DNA from: Clostridiales bacterium
Lineage (GTDB): Bacteria; Bacillota; Clostridia; Christensenellales; UBA3700
Length of the DNA stretch: 64,000 nt
Direction of reading: 5' to 3'
Assembly (NCBI GenBank): GCA_015055975.1
Contig: SVHF01000001.1
Location: forward strand, 6,752-70,751
Shown: one piece after another, positions 56,661 through 64,000 of the stretch
How positions within the stretch are numbered: the stretch's first letter is position 1
How the letters are laid out: the number at the start of each line of letters is the position of its first letter
Notes under the pieces: model-generated
What the model saw: only the letters and a program-made list of their open reading frames with translations
The model's database searches: none
What the model was told of the DNA's origin: nothing
Translations under genes and position numbers: made by a program

Positions 56661-58148
56661 ATGAAATATATAAGCACAAGAAATAAAAACTATTCATGTA
56701 CAGCAGCAGAAGCCATTAGAGATGGTTTAGCAAACGATGGAGGATTATTCGTTCCAGAATCTATTCCAACTCTAAGCAAGGCAGATTTTGAAAAATTATG
56801 CGAAATGTCTTATGAAGAAAGAGCAGCATTTGTTCTTTCTAAATTCCTTGAAGAATATTCTTACGATGAACTTTTAGGATATACAAAGAACGCATATGGT
56901 AGATTCTATGGTGAAGATCCATGTCCACTTGTAAATGTTGATGAAAACCTATACGTATTGGAATTATGGCATGGTCCTACATGTGCTTTTAAGGATATGG
57001 CACTTACTATGCTTCCACATTTATTAGTTGGGGCTAGAAAGAAAACTGGCGAATCATCAAAGACATTAATCTTAGTTGCTACATCAGGAGATACTGGTAA
57101 GGCAGCTCTTGAAGGTTTTAGAGATGTTGAAGGAGTAGATATTATTGTATTCTATCCATCTCAAGGTGTTTCAGATATGCAAAAGCTTCAAATGCGTACA
57201 CAACTTGGAAACAATGTATATGTATGCGCTATCGAAGGAAACTTTGATGATGCTCAATCAGCCGTTAAAACAATCTTTAATGATGATGCAATAAAAGCAA
57301 AGCTTTTAGCAAAGAACTATAAGTTATCTTCAGCTAACTCAATTAACTGGGGAAGATTAGCTCCACAAATTGCTTATTATATTTCAGCATATTGTGATTT
57401 ATTGAACTTTGAAGAAATTGAATTTGGCGATAAGATTAACTTCTGTGTTCCATCAGGAAACTTTGGTAATATCTTAGCTGGTTATTATGCATATAAGATG
57501 GGCTTGCCAGTTAACAAGTTCGTTTGTGCATCTAATTCAAATAAAGTATTAACAGATTTCTTCAAGACTGGTACATACGATAGAAATAGAGAATTCTTCA
57601 AGACAATGTCTCCATCTATGGATATTTTGATTTCATCAAATCTTGAAAGATTATTGTTTGATATCTCAGGACATAACGATGAATTAACAAAAGAAAGAAT
57701 GGAAAAGTTAAAGAAAGAAGGTAAATATACTATATCTAAGGAAGAGCTTGCAAAGATTCAAGAAATATTTGATGCAGGATTTGCTACAGAAGAAGAAACA
57801 AAAGCTGCCATCTTTAGCGAAAACGATTTCGATGGCTATGTAATGGATACACATACAGCTGTTGCTATGAGCACATATGATGAATATCAATCAAGAACAG
57901 AAGATGAACATCCAGTAGTTGTTGTATCTACAGCTTCTGCATATAAGTTCCCAAGTGATGTTTTAGAAGCGATCACAGGAAATAAGGTAAAAGATGCATT
58001 TAAGGCAACAGAAATGCTAAATGAAGAAACAGGTCTAGAAATACCAGAACCTCTAAAGGGATTAAAAGATAGGGAAGTTCGTTTCAGCGATATTATAGAT
58101 AAAAATGATGTTGCAAAAGCAGTACTAGATTATATAGATAGAAAATAG
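56661..58148 (+). CDS. thrC: Threonine synthase (long form)
   Basis: PLP-lysine context 'GPTCAFKDMAL' and 'ATSGDTGKAA'. 495 aa. Confidence 0.9.
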   Translation: MKYISTRNKNYSCTAAEAIRDGLANDGGLFVPESIPTLSKADFEKLCEMSYEERAAFVLSKFLEEYSYDELLGYTKNAYGRFYGEDPCPLVNVDENLYVLELWHGPTCAFKDMALTMLPHLLVGARKKTGESSKTLILVATSGDTGKAALEGFRDVEGVDIIVFYPSQGVSDMQKLQMRTQLGNNVYVCAIEGNFDDAQSAVKTIFNDDAIKAKLLAKNYKLSSANSINWGRLAPQIAYYISAYCDLLNFEEIEFGDKINFCVPSGNFGNILAGYYAYKMGLPVNKFVCASNSNKVLTDFFKTGTYDRNREFFKTMSPSMDILISSNLERLLFDISGHNDELTKERMEKLKKEGKYTISKEELAKIQEIFDAGFATEEETKAAIFSENDFDGYVMDTHTAVAMSTYDEYQSRTEDEHPVVVVSTASAYKFPSDVLEAITGNKVKDAFKATEMLNEETGLEIPEPLKGLKDREVRFSDIIDKNDVAKAVLDYIDRK

Positions 58149-58156
58149 GTGATTTT

Positions 58157-59152
58157 ATGAAGACAATATATAGTGCAATTCAACCATCAGGGATAATGAC
58201 TTTAGGAAACTATATAGGAGCCGTAGATAACTGGCATAGAATGCAAGCAGATGCAAATAATAAATGTATTTTTGCTCTTGCAGATTTGCATACAATAACA
58301 GTTAGACAAGATCCACAAAAATTCCATGAAAATGCAATGAGCTTCTATGCTTTATTGTTAGCACTTGGAATTGATCCTAAAAAGAGCATTGTATATTTCC
58401 AATCTCATGTTCAAGAACATGCATATCTATCTTGGCTTTTAAATTGCTACACTATGGTTGGCGAAATGAACAGAATGACCCAATTTAAAGATAAGTCTCA
58501 AAAACACGCAGATAACGTCAATATGGGCTTAATGGATTATCCCGTTCTAATGGCTGCAGATATTCTTCTATACAATACAGATGAAGTTCCTGTTGGATAT
58601 GACCAATTGCAACATATTGAAATTGCAAGAGATATTGCAGAAAGAGTAAACGGAATCTATGGAGATATCTTCACAATTCCAAAGGGCGTTTTAACAAAGG
58701 TTGGCGCAAAGGTTATGTCTTTACAAGATCCTCTATCTAAAATGAGTAAATCTGACCCAAATCCAAAATCATATATATCTGTATTAGATGACGATGCAAC
58801 AATTATGAAGAAATTCAAAAGTGCTGTAACTGATTCAGAAACAGAAATTAGATTTGACCCAGAAAATAAGCCAGGCGTTTCAAATCTTTTAACAATCTTA
58901 GCTGTTGCTCAAAATAAGAGCATTGATGAAGTTGTAAAGGACTTTGACGGCTTAATGTATGGACATTTAAAGGTTAGAACAGGTGAAGCAGTTTGCGAAA
59001 TGTTAAAACCTATGAAAGAAGAATATAACCGTTTAATTAAAGACGAAGCATATTTAATGAAGTGTGCAAAAGAGGGCGCAGAGCAAGCTCATGATATTGC
59101 CATCGATACATTAAATAGATTTAAGAAGGCTATAGGATTTGTAACTCTATAA
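58157..59152 (+). CDS. trpS: Tryptophan--tRNA ligase
   Basis: 'SGIMTLGNYIG' (HIGH-region equivalent) and 'KMSKSD'. 331 aa. Confidence 0.95.
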   Translation: MKTIYSAIQPSGIMTLGNYIGAVDNWHRMQADANNKCIFALADLHTITVRQDPQKFHENAMSFYALLLALGIDPKKSIVYFQSHVQEHAYLSWLLNCYTMVGEMNRMTQFKDKSQKHADNVNMGLMDYPVLMAADILLYNTDEVPVGYDQLQHIEIARDIAERVNGIYGDIFTIPKGVLTKVGAKVMSLQDPLSKMSKSDPNPKSYISVLDDDATIMKKFKSAVTDSETEIRFDPENKPGVSNLLTILAVAQNKSIDEVVKDFDGLMYGHLKVRTGEAVCEMLKPMKEEYNRLIKDEAYLMKCAKEGAEQAHDIAIDTLNRFKKAIGFVTL

Positions 59153-60024
59153 TGTTTGGTTACGTTTTACCAGATAAGCCAAATATGTTCATGAAGGATT
59201 ATGCTCAATATAGGGCGTTTTATTGTGGACTATGTAAAAGCATCGGTAAATCGTGCAGCCAAGTTATGAGATTTACAACAAATTACGATATTACATTTCT
59301 AAATGTTTTATATCATGCAATATTTGATGTAGATGTTGTAATTAAGGAAGAAACTTGTATACTTGGACCTTTTAAGAAAAAACCAATTGTAAAAGATGAT
59401 GAGTATACGCAAGTTATAGTTGATGTAAACAACATCCTTGGCCATTATAAGTGCGTAGATGACATTAAAGATAATAAATCTGCATCTAAATGGATGTTTG
59501 ATAAATTGATTCTAAAAAAGCACTATAAAAGAGCAAAAGTGAATCTTGAAAAAATAGATAAGATTGTATCTAAAGGATACGATAAATTAAGAGACCTTGA
59601 GAAAGAGTGTTGTAAATCCGTAGATAAGGTTTCTGATCCATTTGCAAATATCATGAAAGGAATAGCAAAAGAGTTGTTTAAAGAAAAATATGATGACTCA
59701 ATTGGCGATATGATGTATGCACTTGGAAAATGGGTATATATTGTCGATGCAATAGATGATATAGACGAAGATTATAAAGATAAGAAATTTAACTTATTTT
59801 TATTTGATTATGATTATATTGATAAAAAGACATTTTTGCTTGAAAAGCATGATGATCTAGAATTCATATTAATGAATTGCTATAAAACAATACTAGATAA
59901 CTTTAATAAGTTAAATGTTAAAAAATATGAAGGCGTACTAACAAACATTTTGTGGTACGGCATAAAAGCAAAAACAGAAGAGATGTTAACAAGGAGCGAG
60001 AAATGCAAAAAAATCCGTATCTAA
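59152..60024 (+). CDS. Conserved hypothetical protein, DUF5685-like
   Basis: The N-terminus 'MFGYVLPDKPNMFMKDYAQYRAFYCGLCKSIG' is the pattern I associate with DUF5685 family proteins. TAATG overlap with trpS. Confidence 0.55.
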   Translation: MFGYVLPDKPNMFMKDYAQYRAFYCGLCKSIGKSCSQVMRFTTNYDITFLNVLYHAIFDVDVVIKEETCILGPFKKKPIVKDDEYTQVIVDVNNILGHYKCVDDIKDNKSASKWMFDKLILKKHYKRAKVNLEKIDKIVSKGYDKLRDLEKECCKSVDKVSDPFANIMKGIAKELFKEKYDDSIGDMMYALGKWVYIVDAIDDIDEDYKDKKFNLFLFDYDYIDKKTFLLEKHDDLEFILMNCYKTILDNFNKLNVKKYEGVLTNILWYGIKAKTEEMLTRSEKCKKIRI

Positions 60025-60641
60025 TTTTAGGTCTAGAGAAGGGCGCTACTAAAGAAGAAGTTGAAAAGGCTTATAAAGAACAAAAAGCTAAATATCAAGC
60101 TTTAAGATTTGAAGATGGCGACATTGGTGCAAACGCATCAAAAATGCTAGACAAGATAGAAGTTGCATATGAAGATTGCTTAATCGATCTTGCTAATACT
60201 GCATCAAAAGAAACTTATGGAAGCGTATATGGAGAAGTTGAAGCTCTAATTAAAGAAAAGAAATTAGATGAAGCTCAAGAACTTTTAGATAAATGCGAAA
60301 CAAGAGATGCAGAATGGCACTATCAACAAGCAAATATTTATTTCAAAAAGCAATGGCATTCTGAAGCGAAAGTTCAGCTTGAAATTTCTTGTGACTTGGA
60401 TCCATCAAATCAAAAATATAAAGACACATTAGAAAGACTAAAAAAGGTTATGAATCAACATAATGAGCAAGAAGGTGAAGAAGCTTCTGCTCAAAGAGCA
60501 GAACGTGCTGGATATGCTAATCCATCAATGCAAGGACAAGACATGGATTCATCAGCTGCTTGCTGTAATGCGTTATCTTGTGCATGTTGTGCAGATACTT
60601 GTTGTGAATGTATGGGTGGGGACTGTATTCCTTGCTGCTAA
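60003..60641 (+). CDS. J-like domain protein lacking HPD, with a TPR-like segment and a C-terminal cysteine string
   Basis: ATG 60003 (SD 'aaggag'). 'NPYLILGLEKGATKEEVEKAYKEQKAKY' is J-domain helix I-II-like but is followed by 'QALRFEDGD' instead of HPD. The C-terminus is 'CCNALSCACCADTCCECMGGDCIPCC'. Confidence 0.65.
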   Translation: MQKNPYLILGLEKGATKEEVEKAYKEQKAKYQALRFEDGDIGANASKMLDKIEVAYEDCLIDLANTASKETYGSVYGEVEALIKEKKLDEAQELLDKCETRDAEWHYQQANIYFKKQWHSEAKVQLEISCDLDPSNQKYKDTLERLKKVMNQHNEQEGEEASAQRAERAGYANPSMQGQDMDSSAACCNALSCACCADTCCECMGGDCIPCC

Positions 60642-60644
60642 AGG

Positions 60645-61184
60645 ATGAAAAAACTAACTGGTAAAGATGTTGCATTAAGTGGAATTTCTGCAGCGCTTGC
60701 AATCGTATTTGTAATTGGCGCTATATATATTTCATTTGCGACATTGCCATGTTATATCTTGGGAGCTTTGGCTATATCGCTTCCATTAATAAAAAGGAAT
60801 ATTATCTCGTCACTTTTAAGCTACATAGTAGCTTCATTAGTGGCTTTTTTTGTTGGCAATATTAGAATGCTTCCATTTATTATGTTTTATGGATTGTATG
60901 CAATATTGCAATGGGTGCTAGACTTTTATTTGTACGAAAAATTGGATATTAATAAGTGGATTAAAATCGCTTTAGATATAGTTATTAAAATTGGATATTT
61001 TGCGCTAGTATTTTGGGGCCTTTATGCGTTGATGAATTTAACGCTTGCAGACTTTAGCGTATTAAATATTGAATGGACTATGCCACTTCTAATATTGGCA
61101 AGCTTTATAGCTTTTGTATTATATGATTTGTTGTATAGGGAAGTATTTAAGCTAATGAAAAAACTTTTGGAAAAGAGGATGTAG
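60645..61184 (+). CDS. Hypothetical polytopic membrane protein (about 5 TM helices)
   Basis: Hydrophobic throughout, with 3-nt gaps to both neighbours. No recognised motif. Confidence 0.5.
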   Translation: MKKLTGKDVALSGISAALAIVFVIGAIYISFATLPCYILGALAISLPLIKRNIISSLLSYIVASLVAFFVGNIRMLPFIMFYGLYAILQWVLDFYLYEKLDINKWIKIALDIVIKIGYFALVFWGLYALMNLTLADFSVLNIEWTMPLLILASFIAFVLYDLLYREVFKLMKKLLEKRM

Positions 61185-61187
61185 AAG

Positions 61188-61778
61188 ATGAACGAGAAGA
61201 TAAAGTTAGCAACAAAAGATTTGGCAAAGATTGCGCTATCTATAGCGCTAATTGTCGTTGGAAGCTTAATTAAGATTCCAATTGGTATTGTCCCAATTAC
61301 ACTTCAAATGTTTATGTGTTTCACTATAACACTAATATTGCAAAAGAAAGCATTTATTGCAATAGCAATATATATTATGATGGGACTTTTAGGTTTGCCT
61401 GTATTTGCCTCGGGTGGTGGATTCTCATACGTTTTAGTTCCATCGTTTGGATATTTAATCGGATTTTTGTTCGGAAGCGTTATTGTAGGATATTCAATGT
61501 CTTATCTTAAAGATCAAAAATTCATAAATGTTTTGTTGATGGTTCTTTTATATGAATTAATCGTTTATATATTTGGACTAGGATATTGGACAATTCTATA
61601 TAAGTTCATAGTAAACAAGGAATTACTTGCAAGCACATTGTTCGTTTCAGGATTTTTGGTATTTATTCCAACTGATTTATTCTGGTGTGTATTGTCTAGT
61701 TATATATATAAACAATTAGATAAGAGAATGCACATTTCAACCACTTATAAAATGGCTGAAATTAAGGCTGAGAACTAG
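61188..61778 (+). CDS. bioY: Biotin transporter BioY (ECF S-component type)
   Basis: 'IPIGIVPITLQMF', 'GLPVFASGGGFSYVLVPSFGYLIGF'. 196 aa. Confidence 0.85.
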   Translation: MNEKIKLATKDLAKIALSIALIVVGSLIKIPIGIVPITLQMFMCFTITLILQKKAFIAIAIYIMMGLLGLPVFASGGGFSYVLVPSFGYLIGFLFGSVIVGYSMSYLKDQKFINVLLMVLLYELIVYIFGLGYWTILYKFIVNKELLASTLFVSGFLVFIPTDLFWCVLSSYIYKQLDKRMHISTTYKMAEIKAEN

Positions 61779-61878
61779 TGTCGTTTGAATTTAATTCAAA
61801 AAATTATTGTTGATTATGCACGCGCACGTAGTGTATAATTATATGCGTTAAGAAAATTTTAAATAGGAGATACAAATT

Positions 61879-63696
61879 ATGTTTGACTCAAAGAAAATTA
61901 AGAATCAAAAAGTTTTAGAATTCATTCAAAGCAGAATCGATCTTTGTAAGCCAGATGATGTCGTTTTAATCGATGGATCTGAAGAAATCTACAAAGCATT
62001 AACAGATGAAGCTATCGCTACAGGCGAAATGATCAAATTGAATGATAAGACATATCCAGGATGTCTTCTTCATAGAACAAGACCAAACGACGTTGCTCGT
62101 GTTGAAGCTAGAACATTTATCTGCTCTAGAAAAGAAGAAGATGCAGGTCCAACAAACAACTGGATGGATCCAAAGGAAATGTATGCTAAGTTAAACGCTA
62201 TTCTTGATGGCGCTTACAAGGGCAGAACAATGTATATTATCCCATTCTCTATGGGACCAGTAGGTGGACCTATCTCTAAGATTGGTATCGAAATTACTGA
62301 CTCAATCTACGTTGTATTAAACATGAGAATTATGACAAGAGTTGGAATGAACGTTCTAGATGCTCTTGGTGATAGCAATGACTTCGTAAGAGGAACTCAT
62401 GCTAAATGTGATGTAGATCCAGAACAAAGATATATCACACAATTCCCAGAAGATAACACAATCATTTCTGTAAACTCAGCTTATGGTGGTAACGTTCTTC
62501 TAGGAAAGAAGTGCTTTGCTTTAAGAATTGCTTCTTACCAAGGTAAGAATGAAATGTGGCAAGCTGAACACATGCTAATCCTAGGAATTGAAAGACCAGG
62601 AAAGCCAATCACATATATGTGCGCTGCATTCCCATCAGCTTGTGGTAAGACAAACTTAGCTATGTTAATTCCACCAAAGGGATTCCAAGCTAAGGGATAC
62701 AAAGTATATACAGTAGGCGATGATATCGCTTGGATTAAGAAGGGACCAGATGGCAGATTATATGCTATCAACCCAGAAAACGGATTCTTCGGCGTAGCTC
62801 CAGGAACAAACTCACATTCTAACTACAACGCTTTAATGTCAACAAAGAAGAACGCTATCTTCACAAACGTTGCTTTAAATCCAGAAACAAAGGAAGTATG
62901 GTGGGAAGCTCTAGAAAAGGATGCTCCAGACAAGAAGAAGCCATCATTCTTAATCGATTGGACAGGAAAGGATTGGACTCCAGATATGGTTGACGCTGAT
63001 GGTAAGCCAGTTAAAGCTGCTCATCCAAACTCAAGATTCACAGCTCCAGCTATTAACTGCCCATGCATCTCTCCAGAATTTGAAAATGGAGCAGGTGTTC
63101 CAATTTCTGCATTCATCTTCGGTGGACGTAGACCAACAACAGTTCCACTAGTATATCAAGCTAAGTCTTGGGAAAACGGTGTATTCATTGGTTCTATCAT
63201 GGGTTCTGAAACAACAGCTGCCGCTACAGGTCAAGTTGGTGTCGTAAGAAGAGACCCAATGGCTATGAGACCATTCTGCGGATATCATATGGGAGATTAC
63301 TTCCAACACTGGTTAGATATCGGTAAGACAGTTGATTTAGATAAGCAACCTAAGTTCTTCAACGTTAACTGGTTCAGAACAGATGCTGAAGGCAACTTCG
63401 TATGGCCAGGATTTGGTGACAACATGAGAGTTCTTGATTGGATGTTAAAGAGAATCGACGGTGAAGTTGGTGCTCAAGAAACAGCAATCGGTTACGTACC
63501 ATACCCAGAAGATATCGATATTTCTGGATTAGACAACTTCTCAATTGATACTCTAAAGGATATCTTGAAAGTTGATAATGCAGCTTGGAAGGTTGAAGCT
63601 GAAGGCGTTAAGGAATTCTATAAGTCATTCGGCGACAAGTTACCAAAGGTTCTAGCTCAACAAGCTGATGAACTTTTAGCAAAGGTTTCTAAATAG
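61879..63696 (+). CDS. pck: Phosphoenolpyruvate carboxykinase (GTP)
   Basis: 605 aa. 'AFPSACGKTNLAML', 'TVGDDIAWIK' and 'FGGRRP', which are typical of GTP-PEPCK. Confidence 0.95.
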   Translation: MFDSKKIKNQKVLEFIQSRIDLCKPDDVVLIDGSEEIYKALTDEAIATGEMIKLNDKTYPGCLLHRTRPNDVARVEARTFICSRKEEDAGPTNNWMDPKEMYAKLNAILDGAYKGRTMYIIPFSMGPVGGPISKIGIEITDSIYVVLNMRIMTRVGMNVLDALGDSNDFVRGTHAKCDVDPEQRYITQFPEDNTIISVNSAYGGNVLLGKKCFALRIASYQGKNEMWQAEHMLILGIERPGKPITYMCAAFPSACGKTNLAMLIPPKGFQAKGYKVYTVGDDIAWIKKGPDGRLYAINPENGFFGVAPGTNSHSNYNALMSTKKNAIFTNVALNPETKEVWWEALEKDAPDKKKPSFLIDWTGKDWTPDMVDADGKPVKAAHPNSRFTAPAINCPCISPEFENGAGVPISAFIFGGRRPTTVPLVYQAKSWENGVFIGSIMGSETTAAATGQVGVVRRDPMAMRPFCGYHMGDYFQHWLDIGKTVDLDKQPKFFNVNWFRTDAEGNFVWPGFGDNMRVLDWMLKRIDGEVGAQETAIGYVPYPEDIDISGLDNFSIDTLKDILKVDNAAWKVEAEGVKEFYKSFGDKLPKVLAQQADELLAKVSK

Positions 63697-63716
63697 TTTT
63701 ATCTTCTAAAATAGTG

Positions 63717-63752
63717 AGGTGCTTGAAAGAAATTTCAGGCACCTTTTTTTTT
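63717..63752 (+). terminator. Rho-independent terminator of pck
   Basis: 12-bp stem aggtgcttgaaa/tttcaggcacct (one G-U pair), loop gaaa, then T9. Confidence 0.88.
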
Positions 63753-63816
63753 AAAATGCGTATTTTATTGTTATAAAATATTTGTTATAATTTAAGTGTT
63801 ATATGAAGGGGGATTT

Positions 63817-64000
63817 ATGGATCAAGGAATGACTAAACTTTTGAAAGATGTTGTTAATTCGTCTTTTGGCGAATTGATTGATTTAGGCACAAAGTGTTTA
63901 AATAATGCACATAAGTATTTAGATGATGACGAATTAGAAAACTTTACTTGGGCAGTTGCTAAAGCATTTATAAGTGCTGACGGCGAATGCACTAGAAAAG
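63817..64000 (+). CDS. Hypothetical protein, 5' part only (runs off the window)
   Basis: ATG 63817 is preceded by SD 'gaaggggg'. The frame is open to the window end ('MDQGMTKLLKDVVNSSFGELIDLG...'). Confidence 0.4.
   Translation, partial: MDQGMTKLLKDVVNSSFGELIDLGTKCLNNAHKYLDDDELENFTWAVAKAFISADGECTRK

Noticed and set aside
60003-60641. RiPP/SCIFF-like precursor interpretation of the Cys-rich C-terminus
   Set aside because: The protein is 212 aa with folded-looking J-like and TPR-like parts. No radical-SAM, cyclodehydratase or lanthipeptide-type maturase gene is adjacent.
61816-61833. GC-rich gcacgcgcacg element in the pck promoter spacer as a cre/CcpA site
   Set aside because: It does not match the cre consensus (TGWAANCGNTNWCA) and is not palindromic. 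It is noted only as a short GC island.
1-64000. Search for CRISPR arrays, rRNA genes, transposases, integrases, phage or toxin-antitoxin modules
   Set aside because: I saw no regularly spaced direct repeats, no rRNA-like sequence, and no ORF with DDE, tyrosine/serine recombinase or phage structural signatures. The only repeat pair of note is the recO/lipoprotein one, reported above.

Overview
This is an AT-rich chromosomal window with Firmicutes/Clostridia-type architecture. All calls come from reading the sequence and the ORF track by motif recognition; no homology search was run. I support about 56 protein genes (51 on the + strand) and four tRNAs (Val-Gly-Cys-Leu). I found no rRNA, CRISPR array, transposase, integrase or phage genes.

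Most of the window is core housekeeping in conserved gene orders:
- pgpH(yqfF)-ybeY-era-recO, then ppdK
- dinB with a LexA box, and galU
- ctsR-mcsA-mcsB-clpC with a textbook CtsR operator
- hpf
- hrcA-grpE-dnaK-dnaJ with CIRCE elements
- thyA-folA, and Rrf2-nifS-nifU
- tyrS-yigZ-ilvE, degV, spoVG, pdxK, rpmE
- a long gap-free array: DUF1385::prmC-prfA-(citrate/homocitrate synthase-like)-thrC-trpS-DUF5685-(J-like)-(membrane)-bioY
- pck (GTP-type)

Non-core content worth a second look:
1. A self-contained, translationally coupled four-gene operon (14992-20956). It combines a CASTOR/POLLUX-like RCK channel, a transmembrane sensor with fused SpoIIE-type PP2C and RsbW-like GHKL domains, a RelA/SpoT-type HD hydrolase, and a STAS domain fused to an APH/protein-kinase-like fold. 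No sigma factor is present. This is my best candidate for an undescribed signalling system.
2. A DUF5685 gene, followed by an HPD-less J-like protein ending in an 11-Cys 'cysteine string', then a membrane protein.
3. A small lipoprotein gene flanked by ~31-35 nt direct repeats that duplicate the recO 3' end.
4. Two very large surface proteins with membrane anchors, one of them translationally coupled to an esterase.
5. A monocistronic secreted-protein cassette that is compositionally atypical.
6. Tandem PAP2 phosphatases followed by an acyl-AMP ligase.
7. Three genes that lack a Shine-Dalgarno sequence but have a -10 box 7-9 nt upstream of the ATG (candidate leaderless mRNAs).
8. A DUF1385::PrmC gene fusion.
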